In this document: positions 50,273 through 61,583 of the stretch, piece by piece | Numbering within the stretch: the stretch's first letter is position 1 | Layout of the letters: each line of letters begins with the position of its first letter | Assembly (NCBI GenBank): GCA_963727455.1 | Contig: CAVSGG010000015.1 | Span: 53,959 to 117,958 of the forward strand | Source: Candidatus Krumholzibacteriota bacterium | GTDB lineage: Bacteria > Krumholzibacteriota > Krumholzibacteriia > JAJRXK01 | DNA length: 64,000 bases | Direction: 5' to 3' | The notes under the pieces: generated by a model | Told to the model about the DNA's origin: nothing | Database searches by the model: none | The model's input: only the letters and a program-made list of their open reading frames with translations | Translations under genes and position numbers: made by a program

Positions 50273-51643
50273 CTATTCCTCCCCTCCCTTCGCTCCAGGC
50301 AAAAGCATGCGGATCTCGAAGATGGAGATCGAGGGCAGCACCCGGATGAAGACGAGCATCAGGGTCAGGAAGAGGCCGAGAGATCCAATGAAGATGGCCC
50401 AGTCCCAACGCGTGGGATAGTACATATCCCACGAAGAAGGCATGAAGTCGCGGTGCAAACTGGTGATGACGATGATGAAGCGCTCCAGCCACATGCCCAC
50501 GTTCACGAACATCGACACGATCATGATTCCTACTACCGAAGTGCGAACTTTTGTCCACCACAGAGCTTGAATCGAAACCGCATTGCAGAGGATCAGCGCG
50601 AACCACACGTAGCGATAGGGACCTTCCATCCGGTTGAGGACCATGTAGATGTCGAAGGGATTCTTGCTGTACCACGCGAAGAAAATTTCGGCCGCGTAGC
50701 CGTAGACCACGATCATACCGGTGGCCAACATGATCTTACCCATGTTGTCCAGGTGCTTCGGGGTGATGAAGTCCTGCAAACCGAAGAGTTGTCGCAGCGG
50801 CACTCCCAAGGTGACCACCATGGCGAATCCGGCAAACACCGCCCCCGCCACAAAGAAGGGCGGGAAGATGGTGGTATGCCAGCCCGGAATGATCCCGGCC
50901 GCGAAGTCGAAGGACACCACCGAGTGAACGGAAATCACCAATGGAGTCGCCAGCGCCGCCAGCAGCAGACAGGCCAGTTCGTAATTGTGCCAGTGCCGCG
51001 CGGAGCCACGCCAGCCACCGGACAGGACCCCATATGCCACGCGGGCGATCTTGTTCTTCGTGCGATCGCGCAGCGTTGCCATGTCGGGAATCAAGCCCAC
51101 GTACCAGAAGAGAATGGAGATGATGGCGTAGGTCGAAACCGCAAACACGTCCCAGATCAAAGGCGAACGGAACTGGGGCCAGAGATAGAAGGTGTTGGGA
51201 TAGGGCAACATCCAGAAGAAACGCCAGGGACGGCCCATGTGGATGAGCGGGAACATCCCCGCGCAGGCTACTGCGAAGATGGTCATCGCCTCGGCGAAAC
51301 GGTTGATCGAGTTGCGCCAATCCTGCCGCAACAAGAGGAGAATGGCCGAAATGAGAGTGCCCGCGTGACCGATCCCGATCCACCAGACGAAGTTGACGAT
51401 GGCAAAACCCCAGCCGACGGGAATGTTGATGCCCCAGATTCCCACACCCTTCACCAAAAGGACGGCGAGCGCGTAGAAGAGCATCATCACCAGGCCGAAG
51501 GTGAACGCCGTGACCACGTACCACCACTTGGGGATGCCCGAGAGCACGACAGAACTGATCTTGTCGGTCACCGAGCCCGGCGTGTGACCCGAGGCCAAGA
51601 GCGGATTATCGACCGCCGCGCCTTTTGGGGTGGATTCAGCCAT
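50273..51643 (-). CDS. actC: Alternative complex III NrfD-family subunit ActC
   Basis: WGFAIVNFVWWIGIGHAGTLISAIL, SINRFAEAMT, QFRSPLIWDVFAVSTY, SVHSVVSFDFA. Confidence 0.96.
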   Translation of the reverse strand: MAESTPKGAAVDNPLLASGHTPGSVTDKISSVVLSGIPKWWYVVTAFTFGLVMMLFYALAVLLVKGVGIWGINIPVGWGFAIVNFVWWIGIGHAGTLISAILLLLRQDWRNSINRFAEAMTIFAVACAGMFPLIHMGRPWRFFWMLPYPNTFYLWPQFRSPLIWDVFAVSTYAIISILFWYVGLIPDMATLRDRTKNKIARVAYGVLSGGWRGSARHWHNYELACLLLAALATPLVISVHSVVSFDFAAGIIPGWHTTIFPPFFVAGAVFAGFAMVVTLGVPLRQLFGLQDFITPKHLDNMGKIMLATGMIVVYGYAAEIFFAWYSKNPFDIYMVLNRMEGPYRYVWFALILCNAVSIQALWWTKVRTSVVGIMIVSMFVNVGMWLERFIIVITSLHRDFMPSSWDMYYPTRWDWAIFIGSLGLFLTLMLVFIRVLPSISIFEIRMLLPGAKGGEE

Positions 51644-54600
51644 GATGAACGTCCATCAGCTCTGGGTTTGGGTTACGGAGCTTGGCCAGGTAACTCGTGC
51701 GGGGTCGTGTGCCCAGCTCGGTGAGCAAACCGTAGTCCAGCGGATTGCCCTTCCAACGACTGACCTCGGAGTCCTTGTCGTTGATGTCTCCGAAAGAGAT
51801 CGCCCGCGTCGGACAGGCCTGTTGACAGGCCGTGATGATCTCTCCGTCCTTGACCTTTCGATCCTCGCGCTGCGCATCGATCTTGGCTTCGTTGATGCGT
51901 TGCACACAGTAGGTGCACTTCTCCATCACGCCGCGCATACGTACCGTCACGTCGGGATTGCGCTGCATCTTGAGGGATTCACTCTCGTGGTCTCCGAAGG
52001 CCAGGAAGTTGAAGCGTCGCACTTTGTAGGGGCAGTTGTTCGAGCAGTAGCGGGTGCCCACACAGCGATTGTAGACCATGTCGTTCAGACCCTCGGCGCT
52101 GTGAGAGGTGGCCCCTACCGGACACACCGGCTCGCAGGGCGCTTGCTCGCACTGCATGCAGACGACGGGTTGATTCACCACATCGGCATCGTCGAGATCC
52201 CCCACGAAATAGCGATCGATACGTATCCAGTGCATTTCCCGCGCATTGAGAACCTGTTCCTTCCCCACCACCGCGATATTGTTCTCGGACACGCACGCCA
52301 TCACGCAGGCATTGCATCCAGTACAGGCGGTGAGATCGATGGCCATGCCCCAGGCATAGCCCTTGGAGTAGTCCCAGCCGGGGTAGAGCGACTTGCTGCT
52401 GTCCACTTCCGATTCGTGGGCATGCGCAACGTGTTCGGGATCCTCGCGATACTGCTCGAGGGTGCCGATTCGCAGGAGATCGCGGCCTTCCATCGTCTGA
52501 TGGTCCTGGGTGCAGGCCAATTTGACCCTACCGCGAACTTTGCTCAGGCTGACCCCGCCGAGGATCCAGGGCGCGGTGCTGCTGCGCAGCGGATAGGCAT
52601 CGACACCGGCATCCTTCGCCACGTGACCCCCTCGAGTCCGTCCGTAGCCCAGATGCACTGTCACCGCCTTTTTCGCGTGTCCGGGCACGATCCAGACCGG
52701 AATCTCGATGGCACGGTCTTCGTATTCGATGCGCACGCGATCTCCGTTGGATAGCTGGTGCTCTTGCGCCAGTTCTGGAGCCATGAGCGCCGCATTGTCC
52801 CAGGTCAAGCGGGTGATGGGCTTGGGACATTCCTGCAACCAACCGCTGTTGGCGAAACGTCCGTCGAAGATCGTGGGGTCGGGACGCAAAAGGACCGTGA
52901 GCTCTGAGGGCCCCGCGAGTTCCTTACGCGCTTGCTCCACCGCTCCGGCCTGAAGCGATCTGGTCCGGTGCTTGCGATTGGCCTCGCCGGCCAGTCCGTC
53001 GTGCAGCGCCTTGCGCCACCAGGCTTCGAAACCGTCCTTACCGTGCGACTCGCGCCAGGTGGTCTGTACGATCGCCATGTCCTCGATCGAGGTGTCGCCG
53101 TTGATCAGCAACTCCAGTAGCTGCGCGATGCTGTGACCCTCGTAGAGTGGTTCGATGAGCGGTTGCCCGATGGAGGGCGTTCCGTCGAAGGCCACTCCGT
53201 CGCTCCAGCTCTCCAGATAGTGGTTCATCGGCAGCTGCCAGTGACAATGGAGAGCGGTTTCGTCTTCGTGCATACCCAGATGAACCCGGGTCTTCACTTG
53301 GGAGAGTGCCTGCGCGAAATCGAGATCTCCCGGCGAATCGAAGACCGGATTCACTCCCAGCAAGAAGCACAGCTCCACTTCGCCGGCTTGCATGGCCTTC
53401 GTGAGTTCCGCAAGCTCGGTGTGCGGATTGCCGAGCGCCGTGAGCGGTGTATCACTCAAGAGAACCGTCGTCCCAAAATTGCCCAAACTCTCGTTCATCG
53501 CGTGCGCGAGCACCTGCAGAGCGCTGGGAGCGTATTCCCCTGCAATCACGATACTCTTGCCGCGATGACGCTTCAGGTCCTCGGCGACGATGCGCGCCTG
53601 CTCCTGTGTCCACGAACCCTCGTTGCCATCGGGGGCCGCTGAGAGCCCTCTCACCCCCAGATGGGCTGCGATGGCCAGAGCAAAGGCCTCCACCTCGTTC
53701 GGGGACAAGCTGAAACGGTGGTCCGCCACCGTGCCGGTCGAGCTGGGGGAGCTCTCGGCAAGGTAGAGTCGATTCATCTCCGTCTCACCCTCGCGGGTTC
53801 GCCGTCGCGACATGAAATCGCGGGCATCACGCACGTTCGAGGGACCCTGGGTGAGAAAGTCGCTCTGCAGAGCGAGTACGACTTCGGCCTGCGAAAAATC
53901 GTGGCTCAGCTCCAGATCGGTCCCGAACGCACGACGAGTTCCCTCATAGACCGCGTCCCGCCCCGCGGCCTCCCACTGGAGGATGTGAGCCTTGGGGAAA
54001 GTCTTCTTCAAGCGCTCGAGCTGGCGCCTCAAAGTCGGGGAAGCAAAGCTGGGGGTCACCACGGCGAGTCCTTCACCCTTCAGGGCACGGAGTGCCTTCA
54101 GTGGCTCCTGCATATCCTCGCAGAACGCATCCCAGCTGCGTGGAATCCCGAGCTGAACCACGATCTGCGAGCGGTCCGGATCGTAGAGCTCGAGCACCGA
54201 GGCCTGGGCAAAGAGATCGGTGCTCCCCAGGCTGGCCGGATGCTCCCCATTGCCCTCGATCTTCGTGGGACGACCCATGTGGCTTTCGACGAGAAGACCC
54301 ATCGAGAGACCGCTCCCCGGCTGTGGCATCGAGGTCGCGAAGTAGAGAGCTCGGCCCGGAATGATCTCCTCGGGCTGCTTGACGTAGGGAACGATCTTCT
54401 CCAGGGGCTGCCGCCCGCAAGCGTTCAGTCCGGCCAGCGCCAGAGAGGCGCCCATGAGCTGCAGGAAGCGCCGGCGGGAAGTGGAAAGGTCGCCCACGGA
54501 GAGCAGGTTGGGGAATTCCCGGGCCAGGTGCTCCTTGAAAGCCGGCGTATCGGCAAGTTCCTCGAAGGAACGCCAGTACTTGGGGCCCTTCGACTCGGCC

Positions 54601-54695
54601 AGCTTGGCTCGCAGGGCATCCATATTGGACAGGTCGGCCTCTCGGGACTCGTCCGTCTGGTTTGCCGGTGTCTCAGAAGTGGGGAGACGATCCAT
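51636..54695 (-). CDS. actB: Alternative complex III subunit ActB (molybdopterin-oxidoreductase-like fused to Fe-S domain)
   Basis: YWRSFEE, Tat motif SRRRFLQLMGAS, GRPTKIEGN..HP, Fe-S motifs CTGCNACVMAC, CMQCEQAPCEPVCP, CVGTRYCSNNCP, CTYC..CQQACP. Confidence 0.95.
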   Translation of the reverse strand: MDRLPTSETPANQTDESREADLSNMDALRAKLAESKGPKYWRSFEELADTPAFKEHLAREFPNLLSVGDLSTSRRRFLQLMGASLALAGLNACGRQPLEKIVPYVKQPEEIIPGRALYFATSMPQPGSGLSMGLLVESHMGRPTKIEGNGEHPASLGSTDLFAQASVLELYDPDRSQIVVQLGIPRSWDAFCEDMQEPLKALRALKGEGLAVVTPSFASPTLRRQLERLKKTFPKAHILQWEAAGRDAVYEGTRRAFGTDLELSHDFSQAEVVLALQSDFLTQGPSNVRDARDFMSRRRTREGETEMNRLYLAESSPSSTGTVADHRFSLSPNEVEAFALAIAAHLGVRGLSAAPDGNEGSWTQEQARIVAEDLKRHRGKSIVIAGEYAPSALQVLAHAMNESLGNFGTTVLLSDTPLTALGNPHTELAELTKAMQAGEVELCFLLGVNPVFDSPGDLDFAQALSQVKTRVHLGMHEDETALHCHWQLPMNHYLESWSDGVAFDGTPSIGQPLIEPLYEGHSIAQLLELLINGDTSIEDMAIVQTTWRESHGKDGFEAWWRKALHDGLAGEANRKHRTRSLQAGAVEQARKELAGPSELTVLLRPDPTIFDGRFANSGWLQECPKPITRLTWDNAALMAPELAQEHQLSNGDRVRIEYEDRAIEIPVWIVPGHAKKAVTVHLGYGRTRGGHVAKDAGVDAYPLRSSTAPWILGGVSLSKVRGRVKLACTQDHQTMEGRDLLRIGTLEQYREDPEHVAHAHESEVDSSKSLYPGWDYSKGYAWGMAIDLTACTGCNACVMACVSENNIAVVGKEQVLNAREMHWIRIDRYFVGDLDDADVVNQPVVCMQCEQAPCEPVCPVGATSHSAEGLNDMVYNRCVGTRYCSNNCPYKVRRFNFLAFGDHESESLKMQRNPDVTVRMRGVMEKCTYCVQRINEAKIDAQREDRKVKDGEIITACQQACPTRAISFGDINDKDSEVSRWKGNPLDYGLLTELGTRPRTSYLAKLRNPNPELMDVHHG

Positions 54696-54710
54696 CTCGT
54701 CCTCGTTTCC

Positions 54711-55361
54711 TCAGCGATGGCAAGTGGAGCAATAGGTCAGGCTCTTCACGTCATACTTCTCGGCGAGCTCGGGACCGAGCACCTTCTGTGGACGGGCGGG
54801 CTTGTAGCCCATGGTCGTGATCTCGCTGCGCGGTCTCAAATGGAGCTCTGGCGCGCGGTGGCAATCGATACACCAGCTCATGAGCAGGGTGTTCGCCTTG
54901 TACATGAGTGGCATCTGATCCACGCGGCCATGGCAGGTTTCACAGCCCACGCCCTTGGCCACGTGAATGCTGTGATTGAAATAGACGTAGTCCGGTAGGT
55001 CATGAACACGAACCCACTGCAGCCGCTTCCCGGTGCGGTAGCTCTCGCGCACCGGCTGCAGCATGTCGCTGTCCTTGAAGATCAGCTTGTGGCAATTCAT
55101 GCAGGTCGCAGTGGGAGGAATTCCCGCAAAGGACGATGTTTCGACCGAAGTGTGGCAGTAGCGGCAGTCGATCCCCACGTCGGCGACATGGTGAGCGTGA
55201 CTGAAGGGAATCGGTTGCGTGAGCACCACCCGCTGACGGGTCGAATAGGACGAACGCACGAAGATCGCGAAGAACCAAATGAGGAAAATCAACACGACAA
55301 CGCCGGCGAACATCATTGCGCGGGCGATGGCGTTGGAGGAACGGTTGAAAATCTGCGGCAT
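54711..55361 (-). CDS. actA: Alternative complex III pentaheme cytochrome c ActA
   Basis: MPQIF start, one TM, QPIPFSH..H, five CxxCH motifs (CRYCH, CMNCH, CETCH, CIDCH, CSTCH). Confidence 0.95.
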   Translation of the reverse strand: MPQIFNRSSNAIARAMMFAGVVVLIFLIWFFAIFVRSSYSTRQRVVLTQPIPFSHAHHVADVGIDCRYCHTSVETSSFAGIPPTATCMNCHKLIFKDSDMLQPVRESYRTGKRLQWVRVHDLPDYVYFNHSIHVAKGVGCETCHGRVDQMPLMYKANTLLMSWCIDCHRAPELHLRPRSEITTMGYKPARPQKVLGPELAEKYDVKSLTYCSTCHR

Positions 55362-55466
55362 GGAGCGACGAGTAGCCGCACAGACCCAGACACCGGACGA
55401 GGGGGAACACCGGCGGCTGGCTCCTTGGTTCCGGTTCGCGGCGGGACCGGACAAAGAACGGGGCTT

Positions 55467-55495
55467 AGAGTAACCGCAAGAGCCTATTCCGGCAA
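55467..55495 (-). promoter_or_regulatory. Putative sigma70 promoter for the act-cta operon
   Basis: Minus strand TTGCCG-N17-TACTCT in the AT-richer gap upstream of actA. Confidence 0.4.
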
Positions 55496-55601
55496 GTCTC
55501 GCTATTGATTGTAAATCTCAGCGAATCAAAGGAGTGTCGGGTTGCTTTTTCGTGCGCGTCGTTGCGCTGAAATTGCGCGCGGGCTCATCACGCGAGGGAA
55601 C

Positions 55602-56857
55602 TCAGCGAAAGGAGAGCTGAAGGGCGGGCCCGTGTCCGACGACGGTCTGCCGGTCGGGCACCAGATAGCTTTCCGAGAGGCGCACGAGATCGTCACGGGT
55701 GACGGCGTAGAGTTTTCGGATTAGCTCTTCGACGCACACGAAACGATGGTGGTAAATCTCGTTGCGTGCCATGCGAGAGATCTGATGCATCGATCCCTCG
55801 AGTCCCAAGATCATCGAAGCCAGTACCTGATTGCGATTGAGCTCGATCTCATCCTGCTCGATTTGTCCTCGGCGCAGATTCTCGTATTCAGCCGCGATGA
55901 CGGCTAAGGCTCGCTCGCTCTTCTCGGGCGTCGCCGCCAAGGTGGTGCCGATCGCACCGGCATCGGCGCTGAACTCCGCCCAAGAGTAGATACTGTAGGC
56001 TAGGCCTTCCTCCTCTCGAACTCTCTGGAAGAGCCGGCTGCTCATCCCCCCGCCCAAGAGGTTGGACAACAGGAAGAGGGCCATTCGATCGGGATGATCG
56101 ATCCCCACGGTGGGAATCCCGATCTCCAGATAGAGCTGCGAGAGATCTTTGGGATAACGGAAGAGTCCCGGAGCGGGGCCGGGAACTGCCAGCTCGGCGC
56201 CTGCTTCCGCGGAACCCCTTGGAAAATGGAAGGCCCGGGCGATCTGCTCCACCCGCTCTTCGGTGACCGCGCCCGCCGCGGTGAGCACGACGTTTTCCCC
56301 GCGATGCACCGCGCGCATGCGATCCAGCAGACTTTCGCGGCTGATCGCTTTCACGCTCTCCACGGTGCCCAGGATGGGCCGGCTCAGAGGATGACCGGGA
56401 AGCAAGTGCTCCATGAAGCGCTCGTGCACGAAGTCGTCGGGCGTATCCTCGCTGGAGAGGATTTCCTCGATGACGACTTCCTTCTCCAAGCGCGAGCTGA
56501 TCCGGCGGGATGGGTGGAACGCTCGAGCATCTCCGAGAGAATGGCCAGCGCTTCTTCGAGCTGATGCGGCAACACGCGCAGAGTGTAGGCCGTCATCTCC
56601 TTCGTGGTGAAGGCGTCGAGACTGCCGCCCAGCGCCTCCATGTCCCGGCTGAGCTGGAAGGCAGAGCGTCGATCGGTGCCCTTGAACACCATGTGTTCCA
56701 GGAGATGACTGATCCCGCCCAGCTGGGGGTCTTCGTGCCGCGTACCGCTGCGAACCCACAGCCCAAAGGAAACTCCGAGCGCGCCGGGGGTCGCCTGTGT
56801 GAGGAGCACACTGCCGTTGTCCAGCACGCGACGGGCCGGAGCCGTTTCCTTTTCCAT
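55602..56857 (-). CDS. M16 (pitrilysin/MlpA-like) zinc peptidase, frameshifted near 56490-56515
   Basis: N-terminal frame has HLLEHMVFKGT (HxxEH) and DAFTTKE. C-terminal frame has EKEVVIEEI, HPLSRPILGT, LGGGMSSRLFQRVREEEGLAYS. Usual position after pnp. Confidence 0.88.
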
Positions 56858-56903
56858 AGGGGGCAGGTTCAAGCGATCACCTCCAGGAGGGGCTCTTGGC
56901 CTC

Positions 56904-56939
56904 GAGAAAAGGAAGGGCGGATCGATGGGATCCGCCCTC
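56904..56939 (-). terminator. Putative intrinsic terminator after pnp
   Basis: 10 bp stem AGGGCGGATC/GATCCGCCCT followed on the minus strand by TCCTTTTCT. Confidence 0.55.
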
Positions 56940-56966
56940 GAAGAGCGCAGAAGAATAGCGCAGATT

Positions 56967-59067
56967 CTACTGGCCGTTCAACACTGCCTTGCGGCTGAGG
57001 CGAATGCGGCCGGCGCGTTGGTCCACTTCCAGGACCTCCACCTCGACCTCTTCCCCCTCATGAATGACGTCCGTCACCGCGCGCACCCGCTGGTTGTCGA
57101 GTTCGCTGATGTGGAGCAATCCCTCCTTGTTGGGCAGGATCTCCACGAAAGCGCCAAAGTCGGTGATACGCTTGACCAGGCCCTTGTACCGTTTGCCGAC
57201 CTCGGGTTCGGCCATCATCCCGGCGATGAGATCGATGGCGGCCTGACCCGATGCCTGGTCCATCGCGGAGACGAAGACCAGACCCTCATCGTTGACTTCG
57301 ATGTTGGCTCCGGTGTCCTCCTGCAGCTTCTTGATGATCTTGCCCCCCGGTCCAATCAGCGCTCCGATCTTGCTGACGGGGATCTGAATCGTGGACATTT
57401 TGGGCGCATACTGGCTCAGCTGCTTGCGCGCCTGCGGCAGAACTTCCGACATCTTCTGCAAGATGTGAAGACGAGCGTCGCGAGCATTGCGCAGCGCCTC
57501 GTTCATGATCTCGCGGGACAGCCCGGCGATCTTGGTGTCGAGCTGGAAGGCAGTGATACCCTGTTCGGTGCCCGTCACCTTGAAATCCATATCTCCAAGA
57601 TGATCCTCCAGACCGAGAATGTCGGTGAGAATGGCCACGCGATCGCCTTCCTTGATGAGTCCCATGGCGACTCCCGCCACCGGCGCATGCATCGGCACTC
57701 CAGCATCCATCATGGCAAGACTTCCCGCGCAGACCGAGGCCATCGAGGAAGAGCCGTTGGACTCGAGGATGTCGCTCACCAGACGGATCGTGTAGGGAAA
57801 GTCCTCACTGGCAGGAACCATGGGCTCCAGGGCACGCTCGGCCAGCATTCCGTGACCGATCTCGCGCCGGCCCGCGCCGCGAAAGAAGCCAACCTCGCCC
57901 ACACTGAAGGGAGGGAAATTGTAATGGAGCATGAAGCTCTTGTAGCTCTCACCCTCCAGGGCATCGATCTTCTGCTCGTCCTTCTGCGTGCCGAGAGTAC
58001 AGGCACACAGACTCTGGGTTTCTCCGCGCGTGAAAAGAGCTGAACCGTGAGCCCGCGGCAAGACGCCGGCTTCGATCTCGATGGGACGAACTTCGGTGAG
58101 AGCGCGACCATCGGCGCGCTTCTTCTCGCTCAAGACCATCTCTCGCATCGCGCTCTTTTCGAGCTTGCCCAAGATCTTGGCTACCTCGGCCTCCGATTCC
58201 TTCAGGATCTTCCTCGGGAACCAACGCGGCCGTGATGTCCGACTTGACTGCATCCACCGCATCCTGTCGCTCCATCTTCCCCTTGATGCGGATGGCCTGC
58301 GCCATCTTCGCTCCCCCAAGGTCGTTGACCTTGGCCACGAGGGACTCGTCGATCGCGGCAGGCTTGACGATGCGTTTCTCGGGCGCTCCCACCTTTTCGA
58401 TGAGTTCCCTCTGCAGCGCGTTGATCTTGCGAATCCAGCTGTGCGCGAAATCGATAGCGTCGAGAAGTTCATCCTCGGACACCTCGTCACAGCTGCCCTC
58501 GATCATCACGATCATTTCGTCACTTCCCGCGACCACGAGATCCAACTCGCTCTCGTCCAATTGCTCGAAGGTGGGATTGCAGATCAGCTCTCCCTCCACT
58601 CGGCCCACGCGGACTCCACTGATGATTTCCGGGAAGGGAATATCCGAAAGTCCCAAGGCGGCCGAGGCACCACTGATGGAAATGGTGTCGGCACTGTGAC
58701 TGCCGTCCGCACTCAGAGTGTGGCTGGCAATCTGGATTTCACTGCGAAAATCCTTGGGAAAGAGGGGCCTCAATGGCCGGTCGATGAGTCGGCACGAGAG
58801 GACCTCACGGTCTGCCGGGCGCGACTCGCGCTTGAAAAACCCGCCGGGGATCTTTCCCGCGGCATAGGTCCTCTCGCGATATTCTACGAAGAGGGGCAAA
58901 AAGTCGCGGTCGCTCTCTCTCTTGGAAGCGACCGCGGTGATGAGGGCCATCGTATCGCCATGGCGTACGATGACGGAGCCGTCCGCTTGCTTGGCGAAGC
59001 GGCCGGTTTCGATGCTGAAAGGTGCTCCATTGAGATCCATCGACACGCTGATACTTCGATTTAACAA
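56967..59067 (-). CDS. pnp: Polyribonucleotide nucleotidyltransferase (PNPase), one frameshift near 58205
   Basis: [34 protein letters not shown], then in the second frame [43 protein letters not shown] (IGPGGK) and S1 (FGAFVE) domains. Confidence 0.95.
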
Positions 59068-59201
59068 CGCTTTTTCTCCCTACGACTGACGACTGCATTG
59101 AAACAGGCTGGCGCAACGATTTGCGCCGCCACAAAACACGGGGAAGAGTTTAGACTGAGCAAGGTCGCCGAACGACCGGCCAAATCTCTTTGGAACACGG
59201 C

Positions 59202-59471
59202 TTAGCCGCGGATACCCAGTTCCTTGATGAGCTTGCGATAGCTCTCGAGGTCCTTGGTCTTGAGATAGTTGAGCAGACGTTTGCGCTGCCCCACCATCTT
59301 CAGAAGCCCACGCCGGGAATGGTGATCCTTCTTGTGAACCTTGAAGTGCTCCGTGAGGGTGGCGATTCGCTCGCTGAGAAGCGCGATCTGTACCTCGGGG
59401 GAACCCGAGTCACCTTCGTGCTTCTGGTAGGATTTGATGATCCTTTCCTTCGCATCCCTGTTCAGGGCCAT
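59202..59471 (-). CDS. rpsO: 30S ribosomal protein S15
   Basis: 89 aa; [37 protein letters not shown]. Confidence 0.98.
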   Translation of the reverse strand: MALNRDAKERIIKSYQKHEGDSGSPEVQIALLSERIATLTEHFKVHKKDHHSRRGLLKMVGQRKRLLNYLKTKDLESYRKLIKELGIRG

Positions 59472-59616
59472 CGTCGCTCCTTCTGCCGGGCGGGCCGGCT
59501 TCGCGATGGTCGCAGGCTGGACCATCCAGCAATTCTCCGCAGCTCGATTCGCGGAGACGCCGGTGGAGCGCCCACTGGATTTGTCTTTTTTCTCTTCTTT
59601 CTACAAACGGCAAGGT

Positions 59617-59645
59617 ACGTTATTTAGGGAGTTTGCGCTTGTCAA
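59617..59645 (-). promoter_or_regulatory. Sigma70 promoter for rpsO-pnp
   Basis: Minus strand TTGACA (59645-59640)-N17-TAACGT (59622-59617). Confidence 0.65.
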
Positions 59646-60672
59646 GAGCTATTCGGTCTCTTCCAGGGCCTCGCTGCGGATCCCAGCGAAGAACCCAGCG
59701 CCTGCGGCCGTTGTGGCGGGAGCGTCGCTTTCAGGAGCTCGGGCACGCGCGCCACGTCTCGTGCGATCTGCCGGGCTAACTCCTCGGCCGAGGCAAAGCG
59801 CTGCTGCGCGCGCAGCCGCGGCCCGAAAGACCACCGCCAGCTGTTTATGGTAAAGATCAGGACTAGATTCCAGGAGATGGACCTCCAGCTCCACCGCGCT
59901 CTTGGACTTCAGAGTCGGAGCGAGTCCCAGGTTGACGGCGGCCGCCTGCCCACGAGTTCTCCCCCACCACTCTCGCCCAGGCGGCGTAAACCCCATGCGG
60001 CGGCAAGAGCTTGGCGGGATGGGTGAGACCTAGATTCGCGGTGGGAAACCCCAGCTTCCGTCCGATTTGCTGACCGCTCTCGACAGGACCCACAACGAGA
60101 TAGGGATGTCCCAGCATGGCCGTCGCCTCGGCCAGGTCCCCCCGCTCGATCGTCTCGCGGATACGCGAGCTCGAGACGGCCTCGCCCGCGTACTCCACGC
60201 TCTCCACTTGCGAGAAGACGAAGCCGAGTTCTGTAGCGAGCGCGCGCGAACGAGTCGGAAGTGCCCCTGCGACCTCGTCCGAAATGGATGTCGTGGCCCA
60301 GGATGAAATGTGCCATATGGAGCCGTTCGCACAGGACTTGGCGAACGAATTCGTCGTACTCCATGCGCTGCAAGTTTTCTTCGAAGTCCAGTACATAAAG
60401 CCGGTCCAGGCCGGCGGCATCGAGCAGTGCAATCCGTTCCTGCAAGTGTGGTCAAAAGTCGAGGTCGCTGGCTCGGCGTGAGCACCGCGCGCGGATGGCG
60501 ACCGAAAGTGATGGCGAGCGAACCGGTCAGGCCCTGCACTGCGCGTCAGCTCAAACGCGCGCGACAGGATCGCCGCGTGCCCCAGGTGGAACCCGTCAAA
60601 GGTGCCCAGAGTCACCGCCCACGAGCCCTCGAGCTCGCCAAGCTCCAGGAAACTGCCTCTATAGATCTTCAC
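59642..60672 (-). CDS. ribF: Bifunctional riboflavin kinase/FAD synthetase, with several frameshifts (3' end approximate)
   Basis: Motifs occur in order but spread over three frames: TLGTFDGFHLGH, TFGRHP, GHDIHFG, VSSSRIR, GRKLGFPTANL, GVYA, NLGLAPT, EVHLL, RAQQRF. Confidence 0.9.
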
Positions 60673-61583
60673 TCGAGTCCTCGGGAAGCACCATCAACAG
60701 GCGTGGTGGTCGCCCTGGATTTCCGCCAGCGCCACGAGCCCCCTTCCGGATTCAGCAGGGCCCAGCGCCCCTCGCTTCACGCTTCTGCCACCACTGCAGG
60801 GTTGGCTGTCTCCCACTGCGAACTTGACGAAGTTGCTCGCCGTCCAGCGCAAACGGGGCCAGTCCCTCGACCGCCAGCAGCGGCGGAAAGACCCCATGCT
60901 CTTCGTCGTCGACGAAATCGCTCGCGAGAGAAGCTCGGGGGCCGACTGCCTGCGACAGCTCGAGCGCCCCCACCTTCTCCCTGCCGCAGGGAATGAAAGG
61001 TGCGCCGGGCAGGAAAGGCGCTGACCGAGATCGCGGGCCAGGGCGCGGATGTAGGTTCCCCCTCCGCAACGGACGCGCACGCGCGCGTATTCCTTGAGAA
61101 GTCCAAGAGATTGATCTCGTGGATGACCACCTTGCGCGGCTTCAAGTCGGGGATCGTCCCCGCGTCGCGGTAGAGCGCGTAGGCGCGCTTTCCAGCGACC
61201 TTGAGCGCGCTCACCATGGGCGGAAGCTGTTCGATGGTGCCTTGAAACTCGCGGAGGGCCGACTCGAGCTGCAAAGCGCAGAAGCGGGGGATGGCGGTCT
61301 GAAGAATCTTGCCAGATTTGTCATCGGTGTCGGTGGACGAGCCGAAGCGGATGGTTCCGGTATAACTCTTCTCGCCTTCACTGAGATAACGCATCAAGCG
61401 AGTGGCCGGACCCAATCCCAAGACGAGCAATCCGGAGGCAAAGGGATCGAGTGTTCCTCCGTGGCCGACCTTGCGATATCCACTGCTCGTGCGGATCGTG
61501 CGCACGAGATCGAAGCTCGTGGGACCCTCCGGCTTGTCCAGAAGGACGATCCTCGAAGGACCCGTGCGTCCGCGGCGACTCAC
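60669..61583 (-). CDS. truB: tRNA pseudouridine(55) synthase, frameshifted (3' end approximate)
   Basis: DKPEGPTSFD, KVGHGGTLDPFASGLL, QLPPMVSALKVAG, then in another frame CGGGTYIRALARDLG. Confidence 0.92.
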
